From NCBI GenBank assembly GCA_039588295.1, contig JBDHAB010000037.1:1-27642 (forward strand): a stretch of DNA of 27,642 bases, given 5' to 3'. The notes below the pieces were generated by a model. That model saw nothing but the letters and a program-made list of their open reading frames with translations. It ran no database searches and was not told where the DNA came from. The stretch comes from Gemmatimonadota bacterium. Its GTDB lineage: Bacteria > Gemmatimonadota > Gemmatimonadetes > Gemmatimonadales > GWC2-71-9. Position numbers and translations under genes: made by a program. This document shows positions 1 through 9,780 of the stretch, one piece after another; position 1 is the stretch's first letter, and each line of letters begins with the position of its first letter.

Positions 1-551
1 GCGCGACGCAGCAGTCGGTGCGCTGGGGGCAAACCCGGTCGAGACGGTGACGCACCGGACCGGATTGACGGCGCTCACGCTGCTGGTGGCCTCGCTCTCG
101 GTTACGCCGGCGCGCCAACTGCTGCGGATGGGTGCGCTCATCCAGCTTCGCCGGATCCTCGGTGTGTTCGCGTTCTGTTACGCCTCCCTGCACTTCTTGA
201 CGTACGCCGTGGATCAGACCTACCTGTCCGGTCTCGGACTCTCGCCGTCGGCCATAATCGAGGACATCCGCGAACGGCCCTACATCACGGTGGGATTCGC
301 CACATTCGTGCTGCTCATCCCGTTGGCCGTGACGTCGACCAAGGGCTGGGTGAAGCGGCTGGGAGGGAAGCAAGCGGTGGCAGCGCCTGCACCGGCTCGT
401 GTATGTCGCGGCGATCACTGCGGTGGTGCATTTCCTTTGGCTCGTGAAGGCCGACCTGTTGCTGCCGGGTGTGTATGGGGTGGTGGTTGCCGCTCTGTTG
501 GCGTTTCGGGTGGTACGGCGCCAGGGGAGGGTGGGAACTTCTCGAGCCTGA
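1..551 (+). pseudogene. msrQ: MsrQ/YedZ heme-binding membrane subunit of methionine sulfoxide reductase, 5'-truncated by the window edge and frameshifted at 368-375
   Basis: Frame 2 reads ...GANPVETVTHRTG...RRILGVFAFCYASLHF...RPYITVG...PLAVTSTKGWVKRLGGK. After a duplicated AAGC (368-371/372-375) the family sequence continues in frame 3 as RWQRLHRLVYVAAITAVVHFLWLVKAD... to TGA at 549-551. Confidence 0.88.
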
Positions 552-642
552 CGGTGGTTCCTCTTCAATAGGTCCTCGTAGCCTTTAGCCGACATCTTGA
601 GCACAAGCTCCAACACCAACCCCAACCTCCCAGGGGGTGTCC

Positions 643-2091
643 ATGACAAGCGTCATTCGTCGGAACGGCCCAGTGGCCGCGGTCCTGGTGTCGATCGCTA
701 TGGTGAACTGCGGTGATGGCGGTGTCGCCCCCCCCGCTGACACCACTCCCGCGTCCATTACGGTTTCCGGAGGCACTGAGGTGGACATCGCGGGCAACCT
801 CCAACTTTCTGCTGCTGCCAAGAACGCCGCGGGCCAGGACGTGAACGCGACCATCACTTGGTCGTCTGGCGATGACGCGATCGCCACCGTGGATAACACC
901 GGCAGGGTGACGGGCGTCGCTCGAGGCACGGTGACCATCCAAGCATCGACGCAGGGTGCGTCCGGTACCGTCTCCGGCACCCGGGATGTCTTGGTCCGGA
1001 TCGCGTCCATCTCGCTTTCCCCGTCCAGCGCAACGCTGACGAGCATCAACGACACCGTACAGTTCACCGCCGAAGCCAAGGATGCCACAGGCGCAACGGT
1101 GCCGGGCGTGACGATCGGGTTCGTGATCGCCAACCCGGCGGTCCTCCAGTCGGCCGGGACCGGAGCCGTCGTGGCCGTCGCGAACGGGACCGCGGGGGTG
1201 ACCGCCGAGGCGGACGGACGCACTGCTCAGGCCACGGTCACAGTTGCCCAGGTCGCGACGGCACTCAGTCTGCCACCGTCGGTCGATACCTTGGCCAGCC
1301 TGGGCGATATGCAGACGTATATGGCGTCCGCCACCGACGCTCGTGGAAACGCCGTGGTGGATGGGTTCACCTGGACCGCCGTCGATCCGTCGGTCGCGAT
1401 GGTGAATGGAACGAGCAACATGATCTCGGCAACTGCGGTCGCGAATGGCACCACGGCCATCCAAGTCGAGCGCGATGGCCTGTCGGCGAGCGCCACGTTG
1501 GTCGTGAAGCAGGAGGTGGCCAGCGTGTCCGTCACTCCCGCGTCGGTGTCACTCCTGGAGACGTTCGCCGAGCAGCTCGCTGGGGCTGCGGTCGATGCCC
1601 GGGGGAATCCCGTAGCCGGCGTCATGGTCACGTGGGGTTCGAACGACCTCGCGGTTGCCACGGTGGACGGATCGGGCCTGGTCACTGGCGAGGGTCCGGG
1701 GATGGCAATCGTCACCGCGACGGCTGGCACGATGAGCGGAACCGCGAACGTAACGGTGACGACACCGTCGCTCGCCACGCACGTGCAGCCAATTCTGACG
1801 ACGAACTGCGCCGTGTCGGGCTGTCATACCGGAGGGGCCCCGGCGCAGGGCATGAATCTCTCGGCCGGCCAGACGTTCACGAACACGGTGAACGTCGCGT
1901 CGAATGAATCACCGTTGCTGCGAATTGATCCGTTCGACCCCGACTTGAGCTATCTGGTCCACAAGATTCAGGGGACGCAGGCGACCGTCGGTGGCTCGGG
2001 GTCGCAGATGCCGCTAGGGGGCGCGGCCCTGTCCCAGGCGCAGATCGATACGGTACGCGCGTGGGTTGCTCTAGGCGCGTTGAATAACTAG
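643..2091 (+). CDS. Exported protein with about 4 bacterial Ig-like (Big_2-type) repeats and a C-terminal monoheme cytochrome c domain
   Basis: Signal peptide ending ...IAMVN-C (possible atypical lipobox). Repeated TWxSxDxxxATVDxxGxVTG motifs. The C-terminus reads VQPILTTNCAVSGCH...MNLS...LVHKI...QMP...IDTVRAWVALGA, resembling planctomycete-type cytochrome c. ATG at 643 follows a GGGGG RBS-like tract. Confidence 0.8.
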   Translation: MTSVIRRNGPVAAVLVSIAMVNCGDGGVAPPADTTPASITVSGGTEVDIAGNLQLSAAAKNAAGQDVNATITWSSGDDAIATVDNTGRVTGVARGTVTIQASTQGASGTVSGTRDVLVRIASISLSPSSATLTSINDTVQFTAEAKDATGATVPGVTIGFVIANPAVLQSAGTGAVVAVANGTAGVTAEADGRTAQATVTVAQVATALSLPPSVDTLASLGDMQTYMASATDARGNAVVDGFTWTAVDPSVAMVNGTSNMISATAVANGTTAIQVERDGLSASATLVVKQEVASVSVTPASVSLLETFAEQLAGAAVDARGNPVAGVMVTWGSNDLAVATVDGSGLVTGEGPGMAIVTATAGTMSGTANVTVTTPSLATHVQPILTTNCAVSGCHTGGAPAQGMNLSAGQTFTNTVNVASNESPLLRIDPFDPDLSYLVHKIQGTQATVGGSGSQMPLGGAALSQAQIDTVRAWVALGALNN

Positions 2092-2147
2092 CCGCGCTGC
2101 GGTGATCGATTCTGCAGGCTGAGGCACGCTCGTCGCTGTGAAGTGGA

Positions 2148-2177
2148 CAACGGGGCCGGCATTCGCCGGCCCCGTTG
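2148..2177. terminator. Perfect 13-bp hairpin between convergent genes, probable bidirectional terminator
   Basis: CAACGGGGCCGGC-ATTC-GCCGGCCCCGTTG lies between the stops at 2091 (+) and 2190 (-). No poly-U tail. Confidence 0.65.
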
Positions 2178-2189
2178 CTCTCGACGCAC

Positions 2190-2723
2190 TCAGGCGTCCG
2201 CGCCCTCGGGCTCGATCACCCCGATATACGGCAGGGCGCGAAACTGCTCTGCCAGGTCGAGTCCATACCCGACGACCCAGACGTTGGGGATGTCGAATCC
2301 GAGATAGTCGACGCTGATATCGACTTCGTGGCGATCCTTCTTCCGCACGAGCGCGCACGTCTTGAGCGATGCCGGCTCGCGGGTCGTCAAGAGCTCCAGC
2401 AGGTAATGCAGCGTGAGGCCGGTGTCGACGATGTCCTCCACGATGAGCACGTGCCTACCCTCAATGCTGCGCCGCACATCCATGAGCACGCGGACGGCAC
2501 CGCTGGATGTCGTGCTATCACCGTAGCTCGAGACCGCCATGAACTCGATGGCGCGGGGCATCGTGAGGTGGCGTGAGAGATCGGCGAGAAAGACGAATGC
2601 ACCTTTGAGCACGCCGATCAGCGTGATCTCCTTCCCGGCGTAGTCGTGTGAGATCTCGGCGGCCAGTTCCCGCACACGCCGCTGAATATCTTCCTCGCTG
2701 ATCAGCACCTTCATGTCGGTCAT
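2190..2723 (-). CDS. hpt: Hypoxanthine phosphoribosyltransferase
   Basis: VLISEEDIQRRV, GVLKGAFVFLADL, AVSSYG, PRPP-binding VLIVEDIVDTGLTL, VVGYGLD. Start placed at ATG 2723. Confidence 0.96.
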   Translation of the reverse strand: MTDMKVLISEEDIQRRVRELAAEISHDYAGKEITLIGVLKGAFVFLADLSRHLTMPRAIEFMAVSSYGDSTTSSGAVRVLMDVRRSIEGRHVLIVEDIVDTGLTLHYLLELLTTREPASLKTCALVRKKDRHEVDISVDYLGFDIPNVWVVGYGLDLAEQFRALPYIGVIEPEGADA

Positions 2724-2820
2724 CGTGAGGCCTTGAGTCGAATGGTGGTGGTGACGCACGCTCGTTGAAGCCTGTTGTCGCACTATCGACAGCGCGCGCC
2801 GACGGCGCCGCCGTGGTCCG

Positions 2821-5800
2821 TTACGGTCTCCGCCACTCCGGCAGCTTCCTCCCCGGTGTCCATGGTGCTCCCGCCGCTTCGAGGCGGGCTTCCAGTGCGG
2901 GCAGGTCGGTTTCGATCAGGGCGCGGATGTCGCCGTACACCCCTCCGAAGTCCGCGGCCGCAATCTCGTAGGCTCGTCGATGCGTCGCGGTCGGTGCCGA
3001 CGTCGAGGACCAGTGCCCCGAGACGATCTGCTGGATCCGACTCATGATTCCCGGCATCGCCGGCTCACTGCGGCGCCGCTTCGTGGGATCGCCGCTCAGG
3101 CGCTCGCGAAGATCCATGGCGCGCACCTCGAGTGAGCGTGCGTCCTGCCGAATGGCTGGGTCGGCCGCCGGCCACATTTCGATCACCTTCTTGATGTGGC
3201 TCATCCGGTCGTCTGCGTCCTGCATCACACGATTCGCGGCCAGCACGGCGCGCTGGAGCTCGCCTGTCTGTCGCTGGAACGCGAGCACGGCCTCCCGATC
3301 GGCGGGCGGCAGACTCGGCATACCGAGCGGCTCCACCTCGAACGCTGTGGGCGGGACCAGCTCCGTCGTAACGCCGTCCACCCGCTTTTCCAGACTCACC
3401 GTGTACCGACCGGGGACCGCCATGGGGCCGAACCCGTCGCCATTCAAGCTGACCGGCGCGTATCCCGGATACCGGAAGTTCCAGGTGGCCCGATGCATCC
3501 CTTTGGACGTGGAGCCGTCGATCCGTCGCACGACAGCGCCCGATTCGTCGCGCACGACGAGGGTGACGACGGGTTTCTCCTCACGATCCTCCGCTTTCAG
3601 CTCGTCCCACGACGGGTAGGCCACGTCCTGCCCTTCCTTGTCGAGTTCGCGTTCCCGCTCCTGTCGCTGACTCTTCCGGGTCTTGAGTGACTCGCGCAGA
3701 TAGTAGGTGAACGTTGCCCCGAATGGCGGATTGGGCGCCGTGAAGAAACTGGCCCCCTGATACGCCTTCTCGCCACCGGCCAGCGGCGCCGCCTCGATGA
3801 ACATCCATGCGTTCTTGATCGGGAAGATTTTGGCTTCCGCCTGCAACGCAGCCTCACTGAGCTCGCGCAGCGGCGTGTAGTCGTCCAAAATGTAGAATCC
3901 CCGCCCGAAGGACGCAGCCACCAGATCGTTTTCGCGGCGCTGTATCTCGAGGTCGCGCACCACGATCGTAGGGATGCCGCTCTTCAGTCGGGTCCACTGC
4001 TCCCCACCGTCCACGGTGAAGAAGATCCCGAACTCCGTGCCGACGAATAACAGATTCTCCTGGACGTGATCCTGTACGATCGTGTAGACGGATCCCCGCT
4101 CCGGCAGATCACCGGTGATCGAGGTCCAGGAACCGCCGCGGTTGGTGCTCTTCAACACGTACGGCTTGAAATCGCCGCGCTTGTGATTGTTGAGCGCCGC
4201 GTACACCGTGTTGGGGTCGTGGAGCGAGGCCTCCAAGTCGTTCACGTAGGTCATGTCTGGTACGTCGGACAGCCGGTCGATACGGCGCCAGGTCTGGCCG
4301 CCATCTTCGGTGATCTGAATCAACCCGTCGTCGGTGCCGGCGTAGAGGAGCCCCTCGACGAGCGGCGATTCCGTGAGTGCGACGATGGTGCCATAGAAGG
4401 ACGTCGAGCGGTTCTTCGACACCGCGTCGACGCCCCAGATCCGACCCATCACCGGGAGAGTGTTGCGGTCGATGTTGCGCGTGAGGTCCGGGCTCACCGC
4501 GCGCCACGTGTCACCGCGGTCGTCACTGCGAAACAAGATCTGGGAGGCGTAGTACAGTCTGGTGTGCGAATGGGGACTGATCAGGATCGCCGAGTCCCAG
4601 TTCCAGCGGAGCGGCGGACCGTCGGCCTCCTCTCGCGGCTTGATATCGACGCGCTCGCCCGTCCGGCGATCGAATCGCACCAAGCCACCGTATTGCCACT
4701 GCGAGTAGACGATGTTCGGATCCTCCGGATCGACCGCCGGGTCGAATCCGTCTCCAAATACCGTCACGAACCAATCGCTGTTTCGGATCCCGTGCCGGTT
4801 GTTCGTGCGTGAAGGGCCACCTTGCGTCGCGTTGTCCTGTGTGCCGCCGTACACGTTGTAGAATGGCGCGTCGTTGTCGACGGCGACCTTGTAGAACTGG
4901 GTGATCGGGAGATTCGGGAAGAACCGGTAGGTCCCGCCGCGATCCCATGTCTCGTACAGGCCACCGTCACAGCCCACGATGAAGTGCTCGGCATCGCGCG
5001 GATCGATGTAGAGCGCATGGTTGTCGACATGCTTCCACTGTTCGCCCAGCCGGCTGAAGGTCTTGCCGCCGTCCTCGGACACCATGAGACGCGTGTCCAT
5101 GGAGTAGATCCGATCGAACTTGTGTGGGTCCGCGAAGATCTCCTGGTAGTACTGTGGACTGCCGCTCACGTACGAGCCCTGTTTGCTCCAATGCTCACCG
5201 CCGTCCTCGGAGCGGAAGAACCCCCCTTTGCCGTCGGCGGCTTCCACGATCGCGTACAGGACGTCGGGGTCGATGGGCGAGACGGCCATGCCGATGCGAC
5301 CCTTGTCCACGCTGGGGAGCCCCCGATGGATCTTCCTCCATGTCTCGCCCGCGTCCGTCGACTTATAGATCCCCGATTCCGGTCCCCCGTTGATCAGGGT
5401 CCACACGTGACGTCGACGCTGGTACGCCACCGCGTAGAGGACGCTGGGATTGCCCAGGGCGAAGTGCACTTCGCTCACCCCGGTGTTCTCGCTGATCTCG
5501 AGGATCTTCTCCCAGGTCTCGCCACCGTCGGCGGTCTTGTAGAGACCCCGATCTCCGCCGGGGGCCCACAGCGGCCCTTGCGCGGCAACGTAGACGACCT
5601 CCGAGTTCCTGGGGTCGACGAGGATCTTCCCGATGTGCTCGGAGTTCTCGAGACCTCTCTTCTCGAAGCTTTGACCCCCGTCCAGTGATCGGTAGACTCC
5701 GTCGCCATAGCCGACGCTGCGTTGGCTGTTGTTCTCGCCGGTCCCCACCCACACCGTGAGGTGGTTGTTCGGGTCGATGGTGACGGTGCCGATGGAGTAC

Positions 5801-6093
5801 GAGCCGTGGCTATCGAAGATCGGTTTCCACGTGGTGCCGGCGTTCGTCGTCTTCCACACGCCGCCCGAGGCTACCGCTATGTACCACGTGCTGCGATCCA
5901 CGGGATCGACGGCGATATCGACAATCCGACCCGACATGAACGCCGGCCCGATGCCCCGCAACTTGAGGCCCGACACGAGTGACGAGTTGATCGTTCCCGC
6001 GTCATCCTCATCCTCGGATTCCTGAGCGACAACTGCAGGAGTGACGGCGAGTGCGACAAGAAGCGCCAACAGAGGCGTGAGCAAGCGTTTCAT
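2821..6093 (-). CDS. Secreted BNR/Asp-box repeat beta-propeller protein (VPS10/sortilin-like, often labelled glycosyl hydrolase)
   Basis: Signal peptide, LRGIGPAFMSGRIVDIAV start, about 11 Asp-boxes (S/T-x-D/N-x-G-x-T/S-W/F), VYGGTQDN, helical C-terminal region. Confidence 0.88.
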   Translation of the reverse strand: MKRLLTPLLALLVALAVTPAVVAQESEDEDDAGTINSSLVSGLKLRGIGPAFMSGRIVDIAVDPVDRSTWYIAVASGGVWKTTNAGTTWKPIFDSHGSYSIGTVTIDPNNHLTVWVGTGENNSQRSVGYGDGVYRSLDGGQSFEKRGLENSEHIGKILVDPRNSEVVYVAAQGPLWAPGGDRGLYKTADGGETWEKILEISENTGVSEVHFALGNPSVLYAVAYQRRRHVWTLINGGPESGIYKSTDAGETWRKIHRGLPSVDKGRIGMAVSPIDPDVLYAIVEAADGKGGFFRSEDGGEHWSKQGSYVSGSPQYYQEIFADPHKFDRIYSMDTRLMVSEDGGKTFSRLGEQWKHVDNHALYIDPRDAEHFIVGCDGGLYETWDRGGTYRFFPNLPITQFYKVAVDNDAPFYNVYGGTQDNATQGGPSRTNNRHGIRNSDWFVTVFGDGFDPAVDPEDPNIVYSQWQYGGLVRFDRRTGERVDIKPREEADGPPLRWNWDSAILISPHSHTRLYYASQILFRSDDRGDTWRAVSPDLTRNIDRNTLPVMGRIWGVDAVSKNRSTSFYGTIVALTESPLVEGLLYAGTDDGLIQITEDGGQTWRRIDRLSDVPDMTYVNDLEASLHDPNTVYAALNNHKRGDFKPYVLKSTNRGGSWTSITGDLPERGSVYTIVQDHVQENLLFVGTEFGIFFTVDGGEQWTRLKSGIPTIVVRDLEIQRRENDLVAASFGRGFYILDDYTPLRELSEAALQAEAKIFPIKNAWMFIEAAPLAGGEKAYQGASFFTAPNPPFGATFTYYLRESLKTRKSQRQERERELDKEGQDVAYPSWDELKAEDREEKPVVTLVVRDESGAVVRRIDGSTSKGMHRATWNFRYPGYAPVSLNGDGFGPMAVPGRYTVSLEKRVDGVTTELVPPTAFEVEPLGMPSLPPADREAVLAFQRQTGELQRAVLAANRVMQDADDRMSHIKKVIEMWPAADPAIRQDARSLEVRAMDLRERLSGDPTKRRRSEPAMPGIMSRIQQIVSGHWSSTSAPTATHRRAYEIAAADFGGVYGDIRALIETDLPALEARLEAAGAPWTPGRKLPEWRRP

Positions 6094-6198
6094 CTACCCC
6101 TCCCGGAGGAAGCCCACAACACGACTGCTCGTACGCCGTCGAACGTACAGCGAACGTCGGGCGGGCGGAACACCCGGCCCGAGGCCCGTCAGGCGGCG

Positions 6199-7044
6199 TT
6201 ACAGGTCGAGCGTCGCGCCGAGCGTGAGGTAGGTGGTGTGCACGTCATGCAGCTGTCCCTGCACTGCGGGTCCGGTGAAGAGCTCGAGGCCGATCCGGAC
6301 GCTGGGGCGCCGCTCTCGTGGAAACAGGCGAATGCCAGCCTGGAGGTTGAGACGCGGCGTCCATCCGTCCTCCTGATCCAGCGCGACGTCGGCGGCAGCA
6401 TAGGGCAAGACGTTTCTGCCGTTGGTCAACTCGAACTCCGCACCACCGCGCACCACGAACGGCCCGTGTTCCGGGGGATCGACGCGGAAGGCCCACCGTC
6501 CTGCCACGTACAGACCGAACGCGTCGAGTGGACGGAAGTACGCCGTCCCTTCGACCGCATCGCGTGCGTACGCTCGACGGGTGAGTTGGAATCGCTCCAG
6601 ATACTCGTCCCCGAAATGGGCACTGGTGTGGAAGTAGCGCAACCGAAGCCAGTCGTTGCCGCGGCGGACCACGACCGGGAGCATGAAGTACCAATCGCTC
6701 GTGATGAGCTCTCGCTCCCTTGTCTCCATGTTGAAGCGTGCGAAGACGCCTCCTTCGACGCCGACGAGGATGGCGTCCTCCTTCGAAGATCCCGAGATCA
6801 GGTAGAGCGGCACCGAGGCACCGAAGGCGGCTTCACCTTCCAGGATCTCGCCGAACTGCGTGGGACTGTCGATCTGGAACACGAACTTGGCGGCGGTCAC
6901 CGGTTCTTGCGGAGCGGCGAGCAGCTTGGGCAACAGGGTGCGGTCGGGGAGGAGGCGTCGAGGTTGCTGCGCGGCGAGGTCGCTCGATGGGAGGATGCCC
7001 AGACCGATGGCGACGAGGAGCGCGCACGGCCACTCCGGTGGCAT
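6199..7044 (-). CDS. DUF1207-like probable outer-membrane beta-barrel protein (paralog 1)
   Basis: Signal peptide to AAQ, amphipathic strands, RLRYFHTSAHFGDEY motif, C-terminal strand LTLGATLDL. Start ATG 7044 (GTG 7065 also possible). Confidence 0.7.
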   Translation of the reverse strand: MPPEWPCALLVAIGLGILPSSDLAAQQPRRLLPDRTLLPKLLAAPQEPVTAAKFVFQIDSPTQFGEILEGEAAFGASVPLYLISGSSKEDAILVGVEGGVFARFNMETRERELITSDWYFMLPVVVRRGNDWLRLRYFHTSAHFGDEYLERFQLTRRAYARDAVEGTAYFRPLDAFGLYVAGRWAFRVDPPEHGPFVVRGGAEFELTNGRNVLPYAAADVALDQEDGWTPRLNLQAGIRLFPRERRPSVRIGLELFTGPAVQGQLHDVHTTYLTLGATLDL

Positions 7045-7072
7045 CTTCGGATTCCGGCGAGGCACAGAACTA

Positions 7073-8518
7073 CTACGGCGTTGCGTAGAGATCGATGACG
7101 CGTTCGAGGGCGCGTTGGCAAACCGCACAGAACCGAGTCATGTTGCGCGTGAACATGATGCAGTCGACCTCCGGCCGGTACAGGCCTGTCGGTTCGTACG
7201 ATGCGCCTTCAAACGCGCCGACCCGGCCGCTGTACTCCATTGAGCGCAGCATGGGCGTCTCGCTCTCGCGTTGCTCGCGAAACAGCGCGTCAAATTCCGC
7301 TTCGGGAGCCTGCGTCTCGATCAGCCGCTGGCGATAGCGCTGGATCTGCCGCGCGTGTTGTTCGAATTCGGCCTTCTCCCACGGCGTCGGCAAGGGTGTT
7401 CCGGAAGCGACGAGATCTCCCCACTTGAGCTTGGCGGGATCGTGGAGTGCGGTCACGTTGGGCTCCCACGGTTCGACATGCTCTACGGCGCCGGTCTCGT
7501 AGGCGACCGGCGACGTGTAGTACTCGTCGCCCAGACCGGCGAAGTGGTGACCGAACTCGTGCACGAACAGGTAGTCCGCGAATTCCGATCCGACCGCTGC
7601 GGTCGACTGGAGGTTGTGGATGCCCCCACCGCCGTACTGCTTCTCGTTGACCAGAATGGAGACGAACTCATACGGCGCCGCCGACAGCACTTCGCGGAGC
7701 GTACGGTTGTCGTAGGTCAGGACGTAGCGCTCGCTGTCGAAGATGCTGTACTGCGTGGAGACCGGGTTGCGACGGAACTTGCCGCCGTGGGGACGCGACA
7801 CCCCGGACTCGGGGGCGGGGAGATCGATGGCCCGAACGTTGAAGTCGCTCCGGCGGCTCTTGAACGGCTCGTACCGGAACAGGGCCTCGGTGAGGCGCCG
7901 AGCGTCTTCGTGGAACTTCGGTAGTTCCTCCACCGTGTACCCCTCTCCCAGGAGCGCGATATCCACCTTTTCATTCGCTGGGCCGTGCTCGAAGATGGTC
8001 CAGACGATCGCCGTTGGCTGGAGGTCGGCTGGGTTCACCGATCGGGCCGAGGGATCCACGTCGAGGGCTGCGAACTCGATGAAGCGGTTCATCGCGTCAC
8101 GTTTCTTGAGCACGATGTGGACGGGCTCCTTGGGCCACGGGAAGCGGAGGGATTCGTGGAACGTGCGGTACCTCTGCTTCGCTTCACCGGTGGTTTCCCA
8201 CTCTCCGTAGATCGACGCGAATCCCCTGGAATAGATGATTTGGTCCGAGGCGTGATCGCGCACCTCGAACAGGTACTTGCCCAGGTCGGTGTCATCCAGC
8301 AGCCGCGTCCGGCTTCCGGCCCAGCGTCCGTCCGACACCACGCGGTCGAGACTGATGATCTCGGAATCGATGTCGCCCGTGTGGAAGTAGTCGACCCGCA
8401 TGGTCTTGTCGACAAAGAACGAGTCGAAATCCGATGCCTGCCGCGTCGCCGCCGCCGTGGCGGCGACCACCGCCCCAACAGCGACGAGGACTCCGAGTCG
8501 TGTCGATACGCTACTCAT
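7073..8518 (-). CDS. Secreted peptidase M64 family (IgA peptidase-like) metalloprotease with N-terminal domain
   Basis: Signal peptide, FVDKTMRVDYFHTG N-domain, KVDIALLGEGYT, YGGGG, zinc motif HEFGHHFAGLGDEY, C-terminal CIM...FCAVC. GGAGG RBS upstream. Confidence 0.92.
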   Translation of the reverse strand: MSSVSTRLGVLVAVGAVVAATAAATRQASDFDSFFVDKTMRVDYFHTGDIDSEIISLDRVVSDGRWAGSRTRLLDDTDLGKYLFEVRDHASDQIIYSRGFASIYGEWETTGEAKQRYRTFHESLRFPWPKEPVHIVLKKRDAMNRFIEFAALDVDPSARSVNPADLQPTAIVWTIFEHGPANEKVDIALLGEGYTVEELPKFHEDARRLTEALFRYEPFKSRRSDFNVRAIDLPAPESGVSRPHGGKFRRNPVSTQYSIFDSERYVLTYDNRTLREVLSAAPYEFVSILVNEKQYGGGGIHNLQSTAAVGSEFADYLFVHEFGHHFAGLGDEYYTSPVAYETGAVEHVEPWEPNVTALHDPAKLKWGDLVASGTPLPTPWEKAEFEQHARQIQRYRQRLIETQAPEAEFDALFREQRESETPMLRSMEYSGRVGAFEGASYEPTGLYRPEVDCIMFTRNMTRFCAVCQRALERVIDLYATP

Positions 8519-8653
8519 GGACCTCCCCTCCTCCTATGCAACCGTCGTCCCGATGTCTCGCCCGTTCCTGAGAGGTGGGCGTTCCCCACGCGGACCGTTG
8601 AGGCCGAGCCCTCCGGCCCACGGATGGTCCGGTCGCAATCTAGCAACCTGCGC

Positions 8654-9352
8654 TCATCCACTCGTCTTCGAGAGGACCAGCACGGCAAAGGTGTCACGTG
8701 CCCAGACGACATGACTCCCTTTAAACCCGGCTTCGCGTGCGGCGTCGAGCATTTCCGGGATCGTCATCGGGAAATCTTCCGTCGTTTCCTTGCGGAAGTT
8801 CTCCTCGACCAGATCCGGGGCGCAGCCCCGCTCGAGCGCGAATGCGCGGCGAGACTCCACGAAGTGCTCCTGCAGCTGACGATCGTCGTAGCGGATGAGG
8901 TCACCCCAGACGAAGACGCCTCCCGGACTCAGGCACTCACCGATTGACCGAAGCGTCGACTGCTTCGATTCAAAGGTGAGGTTGTGCAGCACCAGATTGG
9001 AAAACGCGACGTCAAACGGCCCGCGTGGCGCGAACTCGGTAAGGTCCTCGTTGAGGACGGTGGCTCGTGCGCCGTACCGTTCGAGCACACTGCGGGCTTG
9101 CGCGACCATGGGCTCGGAACCATCGACGGCGGTCGTAACGACTTCGGGAAGCATGCGCAGGACGATCTCGGTGACATTCCCGATCCCCGAGCCGATGTCG
9201 AGCACCGACTTGGGATTGCGCAGACGCACGAGATCGATGATGCACTGGACCATCTCGTCGTATCCGGGAACCAGTTGCCGGATCTTCGTGGCGTAGTCCT
9301 TCCCGAGACTTGCGTAGTAGTCGAGCGCGACTCGCTTCACGTTTCGCTCCAC
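8654..9352 (-). CDS. Class I SAM-dependent methyltransferase (CmoA-like)
   Basis: IRQLVPGYDEM, motif I VLDIGSGIG, AVDGSEPM, SNLVLHNL, LSPGGVFVWGD. Confidence 0.88.
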   Translation of the reverse strand: MERNVKRVALDYYASLGKDYATKIRQLVPGYDEMVQCIIDLVRLRNPKSVLDIGSGIGNVTEIVLRMLPEVVTTAVDGSEPMVAQARSVLERYGARATVLNEDLTEFAPRGPFDVAFSNLVLHNLTFESKQSTLRSIGECLSPGGVFVWGDLIRYDDRQLQEHFVESRRAFALERGCAPDLVEENFRKETTEDFPMTIPEMLDAAREAGFKGSHVVWARDTFAVLVLSKTSG

Positions 9353-9486
9353 CGCCTGCAGCTAGCGTGGAATGTGATCACCGTACGGCCGGCACGCATG
9401 AGAATCGCTCGGAGGCGCGCCGTACTCAAGTCCGGATGGGAAGCCGCGTGATCGGACACTGTCTCCGACGGTGCCGGTAGGCGTTC

Positions 9487-9780
9487 CTACTGCCTCCCAA
9501 ACCGCTTGCGCCAGAAGTCGGCCGCCGACGACAGCGTCTGCTCCGAGATCCGAGTGCTGAGTGTGAGGAACACGCCGTGTCCGCCGCGTACGGAGAAGTC
9601 TGGATCGCGGAGGTCGCCGAAGCGATAGCCGGGCGACAGCTCGAGGGCGTCCAGGAAATTGAACGCGAGCGAGGGGGCCATGTCCCACCGCTGCGAGCCA
9701 CTTTCTCGCTCGATGAGCCAGCGGCCTTCGGAGCGGAAGGTCAGGAGTGGGTTGATCATGACGCTGGCGCGGGCCCCGAT
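9487..9780 (-). pseudogene. Probable C-terminal remnant of a large outer-membrane beta-barrel protein
   Basis: IGARASVMINPLLTFRSEGRWL...APSLAFNFLDALELSPGYRFGDLRDPDFSVRGGHGVFLTLSTRI: successive amphipathic strands with a GY-x-F motif, no signal peptide, and the frame closes shortly upstream. Confidence 0.5.

Noticed and set aside
368..375. Programmed ribosomal frameshift in msrQ
   Set aside because: No slippery heptamer of the X XXY YYZ type is present, and a simple 4-bp duplication explains the shift.
47..571. 174-aa ORF as a complete protein
   Set aside because: It is the interior of msrQ, which starts before the window, plus a nonsense tail created by the frameshift at 368-375.
2742..2753. 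His4 tract in the N-terminal extension of the hpt ORF
   Set aside because: It lies upstream of the likely ATG at 2723, where family similarity begins, so it is probably untranslated.
8525..8650. Possible glycine riboswitch upstream of the M64 peptidase (CTCTCAGG on the minus strand)
   Set aside because: The accompanying GGAGA...CCGAAG elements are absent. Only generic GC-rich hairpins are present.
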